A stretch of 34,304 nt of DNA, filler included, from an uncultured virus (IMG/VR IMGVR_UViG_2049941000_000096) (13 parts of one record of this genome joined end to end with filler, not necessarily neighbours in it), one strand, 5' to 3'; positions 1 through 10,626 are shown, numbered from the whole stretch's first letter. Notes: generated by a model not told the origin, from the sequence alone. Program-made: numbers and translations.

Positions 1-438
1 CAGCATTTCCTTAGAGTTCCTGTGCGTATAGCATTAACAGGAACACCGGCAACGAACAGACCTTGGGATGTATGGTCTATATTACATTGGTTGTTCCCCG
101 AAGAGTACAGAAGTTACTGGAATTTTGTAAACGAGTACTTTGAGGAAGAAATAATATGGGTAGCAGGCAATCCACACAGGCAGCCCGCTCGCTTCAAGCG
201 GGGTATGGAATACATACTTCAGAAGAAACTTGACGCTAAGTGTGTACAGCACAAACGCAGCGAGGTAATGAAGTGGCTTCCTAAAGAGGAAGAACCTACT
301 GAAGTAATTCTGCCTGCTACACCAGAACAGCTTAAAGCTATTGATAGTCTGATAAACTACTTTGAATACAAAGATATAGTAACCCAGACTGTGTTAGATA
401 ATCTGATCCGTATCAGACAGATATGCGCAGCACCTAAG
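1..438 (+). CDS. SNF2-family (SF2) helicase, internal fragment
   Basis: Frame 1 is open from base 1: RIALTGTPATNRPWDVWSILHWLFP (SNF2 motif III, LTGTPxxNxxxDLWSxL) and IRIRQICAAP (RLRQIC box). Truncated at both ends. Confidence 0.9.
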
Positions 439-484
439 ATNNNNNNNNNNNNNNNNNNNNNNNNNNNNNNNNNNNNNNNNNNNN

Positions 485-496
485 TTAATTAATTAA
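485..496. other. Artificial scaffold linker TTAATTAATTAA (stops in all six frames) inside N runs; recurs at 826, 1673, 2557, 4158, 8901, 22101, 23487, 24995, 27488, 29875, 32184
   Basis: The identical 12-mer is always flanked by about 44 Ns on each side. It marks concatenation points, so adjacency across it is not biological. Confidence 0.97.
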
Positions 497-541
497 NNNN
501 NNNNNNNNNNNNNNNNNNNNNNNNNNNNNNNNNNNNNNNNA

Positions 542-781
542 ACAAGAATACGTTGGGTATGGAGCAGACTTCCTGAACAGATAATAATATCTCCAGAAGT
601 AGGTAACTACATTATAGAGAAGTCAAATGAGCTGAATAAAACATATGATTGTCATATAAAGATATTCGGTACAGAGTGCTGGAAAAAGCTCAGCAGGCTT
701 GCAATAGCTATAGCAGGATACACAGTATCAACTGATGATACATACAATAACATAGTAGTAACTAAAGAACATGTTGATTAT
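542..781 (+). CDS. Lid-domain fragment of the MCM-type helicase (belongs in the gap at 28096-28105)
   Basis: Manual translation (not in the ORF track): TRIRWVWSRLPEQIIISPEVGNYIIEKSNELNKTYDCHIKIFGTECWKKLSRLAIAIAGYTVSTDDTYNNIVVTKEHVDY. This matches the MCM lid pattern LxRLAxAxA...V...(D/H)V. Confidence 0.7.
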
Positions 782-881
782 NNNNNNNNNNNNNNNNNNN
801 NNNNNNNNNNNNNNNNNNNNNNNNNTTAATTAATTAANNNNNNNNNNNNNNNNNNNNNNNNNNNNNNNNNNNNNNNNNNNN

Positions 882-1628
882 CCTTCTCATATCTACAATA
901 TTCAGGAATACTCTGATAGTATGCATTAAAGCTAGGGAATCCAAGTACAGGACGTTCCATTCCTGTTACATTCATAAGCGTTCCATCTTTATTTGCATAT
1001 AATCCCTGCTGTATTAATGCTCTTGCCTGCTCATCAGTATATCCCATCTTCTTCAGAGCTTTCATTGTCCTACCAAAAGCACCCTTCTCATACTTAGTAT
1101 AATCAGGTACAGTATTCCAATAAGCATCCCATTCAGCATCTTTCATTGTATTATATGAATATACTCTAGCTCTTATTCTACCAGGAGCATCTATAAGCAT
1201 ACCATTTTCATCAAGTATATATCCATGTAATAACATATCACATGCTTCTTCAAACGTATACCCAGCTCTCTCTAAATACTGTCTTGCTTCTTTCCATTTA
1301 CCAGGCGGGTAATAAAAAGATTGATTTATAGTATCCCAATAAGCATCCCACNNNNNNNNNNAGTTTTTCCAGCGGGTAAGCATATTAGAAAGCACAGCGC
1401 CTGCTACAGGAATCATAGCTATAGCTTCACCCTGTGTACTCTTATTATATAAATAGCCCTCATATAAATCAGCAATGTCTTTTGAAGTAATTTCACTTAT
1501 AGGTATTTTCTTTAAACCTTTTCCCTTAGCATAGTTTATAAGCTCTGAATGGTCATACGCATAAGTAACTAAGTCTATATAACCCTTCCAAGGACTATAA
1601 AAACTATCATACAATGGTGTACACTTAA
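882..1628 (-). CDS. Giant internal virion/ejection protein, C-terminal part with ~70-aa tandem repeats (fragment)
   Basis: Open frame ...PLYDSFYSPWKGYIDL...WDAYWDTINQSFYY...WDAYWNTVPDYTKYEKGAFGRT...FNAYYQSIPEYCRYEKG. It continues into 2143. Confidence 0.6.
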
Positions 1629-1728
1629 NNNNNNNNNNNNNNNNNNNNNNNNNNNNNNNNNNNNNNNNNNNNTTAATTAATTAANNNNNNNNNNNNNNNN
1701 NNNNNNNNNNNNNNNNNNNNNNNNNNNN

Positions 1729-2143
1729 CTAAGCTTATACTGTAACGGTTTAGGAGGTTTAGGTGTATATGTTCTACGCCTACCGCGTCCACCATAAAAT
1801 CTTCTACCACCTTTACGTTTACCACTATAGCCACCGCCACCTCTGCGACCTCTACGAGCATAACTATAAGTCTTACGAGGTCTGGTAAGTCCTGAACAAT
1901 CAATAAGTACGCTGGGCTTACCTTCATTAGATATTATAATCTGTCCACCATATCTAGCTAACAGAGTATTAATATTTGTTACAGTAATATCACTACCATC
2001 AGCATTACGTCTAGCACCTAATGTCTGTAATAAACTTTGAGCCATAGACAGATCCATAAGATAAGCACCCTGCTGTATAAGCATAAGACTGGTCTCATAA
2101 TCAAATCCTAAACTCTTAAGTGCTGCATAAGTTCTCTTGAAAG
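1729..2143 (-). CDS. Giant virion protein, near-C-terminal fragment with Arg/Gly-rich basic tract
   Basis: FKRTYAALKSLGFDYETSLMLIQQG completes the repeat cut at 882. It is followed by RRGRRGGGGYSGKRKGGRRFYGGRGRRRTYTPKPPKP. Confidence 0.6.
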
Positions 2144-2153
2144 NNNNNNNNNN

Positions 2154-4113
2154 CATTGTACATCTGACCGAATCTATTAATGCTGTTATAATTTCCAGCC
2201 AGTACATCATTTATACTGTACTGGAACTGTCTGTTTACACCGTTTAAATTAAGGTTATCATTTATTATACGAGTGTTTTCAGCAGCACAAGCATTGTTAA
2301 AAGCTTGTTTAATACGCTCGCCTACTTTTTCATCAGCAGCTTCTATTTGAATGAGCTTACAATTCTTACTAAACTGTGAGTTGCAATCAGTAAGACTCTC
2401 TGTGAATGCTCTAAAGTTTGCATCTTCAGACTGACGTATAAGCGCAGAACCTTTAGATTCCATTAATCTATATATAGTAGCCTGACGCTGCTGCATAGGA
2501 ATACGCATAAGTNNNNNNNNNNNNNNNNNNNNNNNNNNNNNNNNNNNNNNNNNNNNTTAATTAATTAANNNNNNNNNNNNNNNNNNNNNNNNNNNNNNNN
2601 NNNNNNNNNNNNATGAATACGTTCCATATTCTCAATTTTATTAAGTTTGAAATGTCCGAACTTATTATAGTCTACCCACTTAGCATCCTGCTGTGTATTA
2701 ATTATTTTTTTAATGTTGAGCATAGGCTGACCTTCAGCAGTAGCATCAACAACGTTTTTCATAATAGCACTTCCTGTGCTTACATCAGTTATGTTTAAAT
2801 CATTAAATAATTTTTCACACTCAGTAGCATCTATGTATGTTCCTAACGATATACCAAAATCATTATAAGCACTTGCTTTAAGACTTTCAGTAACCTCATT
2901 AGCCTGCTTTACAATATATGCAGCTTCTTCGTCAAGGAACTCATTACTAAATGAATAGTCTTCAAGAGCTTCAGAGATGAGCTGAGAAGACATACATTTA
3001 GGATCGTAAGCAATATTTTTACTTACATTGAGTGCAGCGCTTTGTGCATCAGCTGACTTATAAGCAAGTGTACCATTNNNNNNNNNNTTCGTTTGCTGTT
3101 ATAAATTTAGATACGACATCTTTAGGATTATCGTTACCATGCTCTTTAAAGAACTTATCAAAATTATCATATAATTTATTAATAGTTTCTGTAGATNNNN
3201 NNNNNNNNNNNNNNNNNNNNNNNNNNNNNNNNNNNNNNNNNNNNNNNNNNNNNNNNNNNNNNNNNNNNNNNNNNNNNNNNNNNNNNNNNNNNNNNNNNNN
3301 NNNNNNNNNNNNNNNNNNNNNNNNNNNNNNNNNNNNNNNNNNNNNNNNNNNNNNNNNNNNNNNNNNNNNNNNNNNNNNNNNNNNNNNNNNNNNNNNNNNN
3401 NNNNNNNNNNNNNNNNNNNNNNNNNNNNNNNNNNNNNNNNNNNNNNNNNNNNNNNNNNNNNNNNNNNNNNNNNNNNNNNNNNNNNNNNNNNNNNNNNNNN
3501 NNNNNNNNNNNNNNNNNNNNNNNNNNNNNNNNNNNNNNNNNNNNNNNNNNNNNNNNNNNNNNNNNNNNNNNNNNNNNNNNNNNNNNNNNNNNNNNNNNNN
3601 NNNNNNNNNNNNNNNNNNNNNNNNNNNNNNNNNNNNNNNNNNNNNNNNNNNNNNNNNNNNNNNNNNNNNNNNNNNNNNNNNNNNNNNNNNNNNNNNNNNN
3701 NNNNNNNNNNNNNNNNNNNNNNNNNNNNNNNNNNNNNNNNNNNNNNNNNNNNNNNNNNNNNNNNNNNNNNNNNNNNNNNNNNNNNNNNNNNNNNNNNNNN
3801 NNNNNNNNNNNNNNNNNNNNNNNNNNNNNNNNNNNNNNNNNNNNNNNNNNNNNNNNNNNNNNNNNNNNNNNNNNNNNNNNNNNNNNNNNNNNNNNNNNNN
3901 NNNNNNNNNNNNNNNNNNNNNNNNNNNNNNNNNNNNNNNNNNNNNNNNNNNNNNNNNNNNNNNNNNNNNNNNNNNNNNNNNNNNNNNNNNNNNNNNNNNN
4001 NNNNNNCAGTATCTCTATTATACTTACCGATTTTCTTAAAATCAGAATTAAGAGCATTCTTCAATGCGTACTCATATTCTGCAAGAGCGTCGCTACATCT
4101 TGTAGCAAATGCT
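2154..4113 (-). CDS. Giant virion protein, internal fragments (2154-2512, 2613-3077, 3088-3196, 4007-4113)
   Basis: AT-rich, helical-looking open frames with no starts or stops, same strand and composition as the other giant-protein pieces. Their order is uncertain. Confidence 0.45.
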
Positions 4114-4213
4114 NNNNNNNNNNNNNNNNNNNNNNNNNNNNNNNNNNNNNNNNNNNNTTAATTAATTAANNNNNNNNNNNNNNNNNNNNNNNNNNNNNNN
4201 NNNNNNNNNNNNN

Positions 4214-5734
4214 GCTGTTTAGCTACGGGAGCAGCTTTTTCAATATTTTCTGGACTTGCAAGTTTATTTATTTTCCATTCACGTATAAGCTTATTTGCTT
4301 TAGCAATACCTGTAACAGCACCGGCAGCAGGGCAAGTAAGTTTAAACATAGCACGCTGTGCATTATCAAGAATATCATCTAAAGAACCAAGCGCTGTAGA
4401 TAACACAGTACCCTTCTCTACAAGAAAACTTCTCCTTGCAAGACTACCTGAGTTAGCTACAGTTTCTTCAGCATGTTTTAAAAACTTCTCGTAATGCAGC
4501 GCATCAAAACCTTCTATAACTTCATCAGCATACTTACCATCTACAAACGCTCCACCGAATAACTTAGCACGTTCTTTTGCAGACTGTCGTACAGTATTTA
4601 AGAAATCATCTCCACCCTCTTTTAAAGTTTTATTAATAGCCTGCTTTACATCTCTTTTAATATAGCTCTGTACAGACTTACTTTTAACAAACTGTTCAGC
4701 AGCTTCCTGTGAAATATCTGAACGAACCATAGCCTGTACAAAGGAATCTGAAATAGATTTTGCAACAGCTTTAGTACCGCCAAGTTTAAGCGCAGCATTA
4801 ACACCAAGCTTACCAAGGCTAAGAAGTGAATCAGCATCAGTAAGCATACCAACCATTAAGGAAGCAAAGAATCCGTAATGTTCACCATTTTTATGGCGTA
4901 AATCTGTACCATCAAGATAAATATAATCACTACCATACGTGTCCTGATAGTTGGTTTTGAGAATAGCCATAGCTGCTTTACCAGCATCCATGTCTACACG
5001 ATACCCTTCACCATAAATATACTTAAGAGCTTCCTGAATTTTTTGATATTTAGGATCTTCCTTATAACGTTCAGGGTGTGCTTGCATTCTCCAAGCAACA
5101 AACATATCAGTAAATGTATGCATGTCAAATATAGTAAGATTACCTAAGAAGTTGTTTACGACAGTATTCTTACCCCATTCATATGCTTCATGATACATCT
5201 CTAATGCTTTTGTACGTTGAGCTATTAAATCTTTTAAATCGTCAGAACCGTACTGCACAGTAGTATCATATCCCTGATATGCTCTACTATCTATATAATN
5301 NNNNNNNNNATCTTCTATAGCAGGCTTAAAAGGACTTATACCTTTAATAGCTGAAGAAGCAATACCATTATAAGCAGTATTTTCTTTTACAAGTGTAGAA
5401 CCATCCATAGTATACGCAGCAAAGTTACCAGAGGGATTTGTAAACATTAAACGCTTAGCTATCTGACCTATGCCTTGACCTTTTTCTGTCTCTACATAAT
5501 ACGGAGCTTTAGCATTATAATCATCAACAACTTTTCCCATCTGCTCAACAGTATCATTTAGACTAGCGATGGTATCTAAATTCATAAATGCTGCGCTGTC
5601 TTTACCAGCTTCTCTACGCTTAGTAAGCTCAGCAAACTCAGCAAGCATAAGTGCTTTATCAGTAGCTCTTGCTTCTTTATTCCTATCAAAATTAGGTGTG
5701 CTGTAGGGACGCTGAGGAGTATATATGATTGAAT
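4214..5734 (-). CDS. Giant internal virion/ejection protein, N-terminal portion (fragment)
   Basis: About 500 aa open frame with the glycine-rich hydrophobic stretch YGFFASLMVGMLTDADSLLSLGKLGVNAALKLGG typical of podoviral ejection proteins. It lies after a smaller Ala/Gln-rich virion gene. Confidence 0.55.
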
Positions 5735-5744
5735 NNNNNNNNNN

Positions 5745-6720
5745 ATGTCCTATACTGTTATATATCTGCTGTAATACTTTAATCTGCTGTGCTTCTTCTT
5801 CAGGAGTAAGCTGCTTCTTGGCAGTAGACTTCTTACCTGCGGCAGCTGCTTCAGCTTCAGCTTTTGNNNNNNNNNNTTCGATAGCAGCTTTAGCTTCCGC
5901 TTCTGTAGGCGAAGAAACAGCTGAACGGTTAAGTCGTGCATCAGCGGTAAGCTGATCCTCAAGAGTTTTATTACCCTTGGTAATTCCTGCTGTGTCTTTA
6001 CTTCCTCTTGCTGTTTCAATTGCAGCCTCAAGTGCAGCAATAGCTGACTGACTGTTGTTGTACACACCAGCTCCCGTACCGGCAAGTGCTGCAAGAAGGT
6101 TAGCATCTGCTGTGTATTTACTGGCTTCATAACCAGCATAGTCGGTANNNNNNNNNNTAATACCCTGGTTATATGCAAGCTCAGCAGTCTTCTGCTGTAC
6201 CTCATCATTGTAAAGCTGATGAGCAAGGCTACCGATCGTGTTAGCCATATCATTACTATAGTTAAGAGCATCAACAGTATCCTGACGCATCTGCTGTGCA
6301 TACTTATTAGTAAGCTCTTGCCTGGCTGCAGCAAGGTTTGTAGCTTCTTCATTAGCTGTCTGTGTAGTGCCAAGGATAGCTGAAAGCATGTTGGCTGCCT
6401 GCATACCTTTGTTAGCTCCAGCTGATACAGCGCTACCATACTGCTGTCGAATGGTATCCAGCACTGTATTCTGTGCATTAGCCAGATTATTATAATACTG
6501 TCGTTCAGCACCAGAGTTCTGCTCCATGCGCAGCGCAGCAAGAGTAGCATCCTGATATATCTTTTCTATTTCATCTCTATCGTATGTGAAATTCACACCA
6601 AGAGTTTTTGATAGATCATTGACATCTCGGATACGCGAGTCTACTACACTTGTGTAGTTAGGACGTACATATCCATCAGTAGGTCTTGGTGTAGTGTTAT
6701 ACACAGTATTAAGAGTATCT
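5745..6720 (-). CDS. Ala/Gln-rich internal virion (DNA ejection/pilot-like) protein(s), fragmented
   Basis: Helical Ala/Gln/Asn-rich sequence (GSAVSAGANKGMQAANMLSAILGTTQTANEEATNLAAARQ). The ORF-track fusion 4158..6755 runs through N gaps and is probably several genes. Confidence 0.55.
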
Positions 6721-6730
6721 NNNNNNNNNN

Positions 6731-7061
6731 ATTGGCATTTAAAAACATCTGCCAATGAAGTACGTACTGACCTCTGCTACCTCTTTTAAGTACCGGGTAA
6801 TACTCAGCAGGCTCAAGTGCAGGCTTAAACACAACAATTCTATTAAGCACTTCACTATCCCACTCGTATAATTTAAAGCGATTGATGATTTCTATAAGCG
6901 TAGTAGCGTATGTAGGACTGGTCGCATAACCATCTTTCTTAACATTATTACAAGCCTTGACATAATCTGTCTCACCACGAAGATTCTTATATCTGGCAAA
7001 TCTGTTAAACAAACTGCTGTGATCGTTAACACTTTCCTGCCATGAAGGATACTTCCTGAAT
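6731..7061 (-). CDS. Endolysin: GH73 glucosaminidase domain plus start of a peptidoglycan-binding domain (fragment)
   Basis: FRKYPSWQESVNDHSSLF...RYKNL...GYATSPTYATTLIEIINRFKLYEWD (GH73 FRxYxSxxES and GYATxPxY motifs), then PVLKRGSRGQYVLHWQMFLN (PG_binding_1-like). Confidence 0.9.
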
Positions 7062-7071
7062 NNNNNNNNNN

Positions 7072-7286
7072 AACATTTTAATAATAGGATTATTGCGCAG
7101 ACTGTTAACTCTGTTTAGTTGCTGTTGAGAAATCTGCTGTGTATTATAAAGATGCTGTATAATAGCATCAGGATTAGATTCATCTATATCATCTGGCACA
7201 CTGTACGTACTCCGTACGGCTTCCATAGGATTATTCCTGTACTGCTGATATACATTTACCATACTGTTGACCATAGGGTTATTCAT
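7072..7286 (-). CDS. Small Asn/Gln-rich hypothetical protein of the accessory cassette (3' truncated)
   Basis: RBS AAGGAG, then MNNPMVNSMVNVYQQYRNNPMEAV...NPDAIIQHLYNTQQISQQQLN. Confidence 0.7.
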
Positions 7287-7287
7287 A

Positions 7288-7398
7288 TCATTTCTCCTTC
7301 TTCCAAAAGAATATAGGTGTTTCTGAACCACTGTCCCAGGTATCGTAATAATTTCCGTGTTTAACAGCAATTGTATGCGTACTCTTCAAACTTCTGAG
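7288..7398 (-). CDS. C-terminal fragment of a hypothetical protein with an H...YYDTWDSG motif (possible papain/C39-like fold)
   Basis: Manual translation THTIAVKHGNYYDTWDSGSETPIFFWKKEK*. The stop lies 2 nt before the next ATG. Confidence 0.6.
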   Translation of the reverse strand, partial: LRSLKSTHTIAVKHGNYYDTWDSGSETPIFFWKKEK

Positions 7399-7440
7399 NN
7401 NNNNNNNNTTTTAAGTGTATCACAAGTTATTGGTTAATGC

Positions 7441-7471
7441 AATAAAATAGGGCGTACTGTGTACGCCCTAT
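7441..7471 (-). terminator. Intrinsic terminator after the 7488-7856 gene
   Basis: Perfect 11-bp stem ATAGGGCGTAC/GTACGCCCTAT with a 3-nt loop, followed by TTTATT on the minus strand. Confidence 0.85.
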
Positions 7472-7487
7472 CAAAACTTTTTCAAAA

Positions 7488-7856
7488 CTATTTGAGCTTG
7501 TTTGCACAGTCCATTAGAACTCTACGCTCATCCTCATCCACAGCAGCCTGTGCCATGTATTCGAGTTTATCTACCAAAGAGTTTCTGGACGAAGCTCTGC
7601 TGTACGCGTAAGACCGTCCTCTATCCTGACTATAACGAAAGTTATCTTCACTATAACGTCCATCATTGTCTCTGTCACGCATAGCATAACTGCTGTGCGA
7701 TCTACCACCGGTCATACCTTCCGCTGCAAGAAGATTCTTTTTCATATGCGCAAGTGTATCAGCGTACTGTACATCTGCCATAGATAAGTTACCTCTCTTA
7801 GCCTTATCTTCAAGCTCCTCAAGTTCTGTACATGCAAAATTTATTAACTCGTGCAT
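7488..7856 (-). CDS. Hypothetical protein of the accessory cassette (helical N-terminus, RD/YS-rich middle)
   Basis: Complete 122-aa ORF with RBS AAAGGAG; contains RDRDNDGRYSEDNFRYSQDRGRSYAYSR. Confidence 0.8.
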   Translation of the reverse strand: MHELINFACTELEELEDKAKRGNLSMADVQYADTLAHMKKNLLAAEGMTGGRSHSSYAMRDRDNDGRYSEDNFRYSQDRGRSYAYSRASSRNSLVDKLEYMAQAAVDEDERRVLMDCANKLK

Positions 7857-7871
7857 CTCGTATTCTCCTTT

Positions 7872-8327
7872 CTATGCTATTCGTTCTACCGTTATTGAAG
7901 CCTCACGCCTTACAGTTATTGAAGGAGTAGGCGTAACTGCCGCATCATCTTCAGTACCGTCTGTGTAAACACCAGATACAGATACACAGCAACCACAAGG
8001 TACTGTGATAGTTACCATTGTGCTTATGTGTCCGTATTCCTGGACAGCCTGAGGAGTGAATATTGCGATGCTCTCAGGAACAACTGCACCGTTCACAGTT
8101 ATACCTAAGGCGATAGCAGTCACAGCCCCACCTTCAGGGACCTGTACATTAGCCTGCAGGGTTACATTATATCTGGCAAAACGATTAGGAGTACTACCTT
8201 TGAGATTAAGAATTCCTGAAGTAAGAGGCACAACACTGCCCGTATTACACGGAATAGAAACACTGTTAAACGGTATGGTATTGTTTAAAGCTACCTGATT
8301 ATCGCTTGTTGTTACATATCTCGCCAT
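7872..8327 (-). CDS. Beta-rich Cys-containing protein (possibly BclA-C/C1q-like jelly-roll) of the accessory cassette
   Basis: True start MARYVTTS at 8327 after GAGGTG. Alternating beta pattern, ARYNVTLQANVQVPEGG and VPCGCC. The fold is an inference. Confidence 0.7.
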   Translation of the reverse strand: MARYVTTSDNQVALNNTIPFNSVSIPCNTGSVVPLTSGILNLKGSTPNRFARYNVTLQANVQVPEGGAVTAIALGITVNGAVVPESIAIFTPQAVQEYGHISTMVTITVPCGCCVSVSGVYTDGTEDDAAVTPTPSITVRREASITVERIA

Positions 8328-8347
8328 AGTACACCTCNNNNNNNNNN

Positions 8348-8856
8348 AATCCCTGTGAGATAAAGGCGTTCTGTGCAACCTGAGACTCACGGAATGAAGC
8401 CATGTTAAGCTGATTCTGAAGCTCAACTATCCTGTCATTCTTAGCATCGAGCTGTGCCTTAACGCCATCCAGTTCGAGCTGGCATAACTTGTCAAGGATT
8501 TTCTGGGTGTCCTGCATAGATGCTGTACGAGTAGCACAAGCTTCTCTTGCAATGCTTGCATCAATACCAGCAAGGTACTGATTAACAGTAGTGAATCCCT
8601 GTGTAGTAGCCGTCTGTGCTGCGAAGCTACGTTCCATATCAGCCATCTGGGTATTGCAGATCTGAGTAGAAATACCTGAGATACCATCACGGATAGATGT
8701 GATTCCATCACTGAGCTGTGCATCTCTGAAGCCGCTGGATACGTTGTTATTAATTCCCTGCTGACCATTCATAAGCCAAGGGAAATCATAACCAAGCATC
8801 ATGTTTCCAAAGCCGCCATAGCCGCCTCCGAAACCACCCCAGCCGCCTCCTGCGCA
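8348..8856 (-). CDS. Gly-rich/coiled-coil hypothetical protein of the accessory cassette (fragment)
   Basis: CAGGGWGGFGGGYGGFGN...ACATR...TQKILDKLCQLELDGVKAQLDAKNDRIVELQNQLNMASFRESQVAQNA. Confidence 0.75.
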
Positions 8857-8956
8857 NNNNNNNNNNNNNNNNNNNNNNNNNNNNNNNNNNNNNNNNNNNN
8901 TTAATTAATTAANNNNNNNNNNNNNNNNNNNNNNNNNNNNNNNNNNNNNNNNNNNN

Positions 8957-9143
8957 ATGAATTATCATAATAAACAACAGCACTATAATAACCATCATTA
9001 TTAGCGCCTCCTCCGAATACAGCAGAAGATTCTGTAGAAGTAGAAGCTCCTACTGAATACTTAGCTATTAAAGGACTGGCTGTTCCATAATAACTTATTC
9101 CACCACGTCTTCTAAATTGAGGTTTTACTTTGAACAATGCCAT
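8957..9143 (-). CDS. Hypothetical virion-module protein (3' truncated)
   Basis: ATG at 9143 after GAGGTAGGTG; open up to the scaffold end. Confidence 0.55.
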
Positions 9144-9161
9144 AAGTTATCACCTACCTCA

Positions 9162-9564
9162 TTAAGGAGTTACTGGACGAGTTATAGGAGTCCTAAGAGT
9201 TATACGAACGAACACTGATGCTGCTGTATCTACCTTAGGGAGTGTTACTACGCAAGTCCCGGCAGCACAGGCTACGTTCTCAGGAATTATATCCCAATCT
9301 TCTACAAATGGATCTATAGCAGAATCAGCTTCTATAGCTGCATTTGTGAACGTAACTAATGNNNNNNNNNNTTGTGTTACCTACTGTTATCTGCTGCTTA
9401 CGAATTCCTGTACTGGATGCTGTACCGGTCCAGCCAAAAGATACTGTAGGAATTCCAGTAATAGCAGTTTTAAGTTCGTTTACAGCACCACACAAAGTCT
9501 GAGCAGTTGTCTGTAACGCATCTGTTCCTATCTTTAATAAATCATCAAGTTTAAATGCAGACAT
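9162..9564 (-). CDS. Tail-associated protein(s), gapped
   Basis: MSAFKLDDLLKIGTDALQTTAQTLCGAVNELK (LxTxAKxxxGAINEL fibre-type motif). The distal piece reads LVTFTNAAIEADSAIDPFVEDWDIIPENV...RPVTP*. Confidence 0.55.
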
Positions 9565-9574
9565 ATCATACCTC

Positions 9575-10616
9575 CTACCAGTTAAGGTATTTTTCACCAT
9601 TTACTGTTGTGATATAAACTCCATTAAGTTCTTCCAGTAAATTACCTATAGTTTCATGTATCTCATGCATAGCTGCCGGTATTGAATTAGGATACATAAT
9701 ACCAGACTTACTGAACGTGTNNNNNNNNNNNNNNNNNNNNNNNNNNNNNNNNNNNNNNNNNNNNNNNNNNNNNNNNNNNNNNNNNNNNNNNNNNNNNNNN
9801 NNNNNNNNNNNNNNNNNNNNNNNNNNNNNNNNNNNNNNNNNNNNNNNNNNNNNNNNNNNNNNNNNNNNNNNNNNNNNNNNNNNNNNNNNNNNNNNNNNNN
9901 NNNNNNNNNNNNNNNNNNNNNNNNNNNNAAGGTCATCTAAAGTAGTTGTATCATCACACTTAACTACTTTAAGATTACCAAGTAAGCTTGCAGAAGCATG
10001 TGCACCTAAGCCATCAGGATCAATCAATCCTGCACTACTCATATTTACAGCATACTTAAAAGTTTCACACACAGCATCACGTACATCTGTACTTGCATTA
10101 CCGTTAGGATATACAAATACATCAGCATCAAAACTGTTTTCATCCATATAGTCATATGCTGCGGGAACAACTGTTTCAGCAGTAGCAGTTGTCACAGTAG
10201 CTCCATCTGTAGAATATGCAACTATATCATTACCTTCTGATTTAAGTGTATTTAATTGCCCCAGTGTTGAATATGCTGAGGTGGTACCTACAAGATTTGT
10301 AGCTATAGCATATGTAGCTTTGAAATACTTAGCTGTAAGTAGTGTGCGCAGACCAGCTATGCCAGATACAGTCTGTCCTATGTTAAGCAGTGTAAACATA
10401 GGATAGTTAAGCTGCCTGCTCGTCTTGTTAATAACTGAAGCAGCAAGAGCCGAAATTTCCTGCTGTATAACTTCTGTAAGAACTTCTTCTATCTCTTCCT
10501 CGCCTATATCTCTGATAGCTTCAGGAATAGCTTCATTCTGCATATAGTCTAACCAAGATGAATTATAATCACCCTGGGAAATAAGCAGATTGAGAATGGC
10601 ATTATATTCCTGTGCA
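9575..10616 (-). CDS. Virion-module protein with a degenerate polysaccharide deacetylase (CE4/NodB-like) domain; 5' truncated
   Basis: PMFTLLNIG...LLTAKYFKATYAIATNLVG...STLGQLNTLKSEGNDIVAYSTDG...VFVYPNG...VRDAVCETFKYA follows the NodB scaffold. Confidence 0.65.
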
Positions 10617-10626
10617 NNNNNNNNNN

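Noticed and set aside
882..5734. Giant protein as an N4-like or crAss-like virion RNA polymerase
   Set aside because: No DxDGD-type or single-subunit RNAP catalytic motif is visible in the sequenced fragments. It cannot be excluded in the gaps, but nothing supports it.
4158..6755. 865-aa ORF, and similar ORF-track fusions such as 26654-27229 and 23613-24020, as real fusion proteins
   Set aside because: They read through 10-N gaps that join unrelated or misordered contigs.
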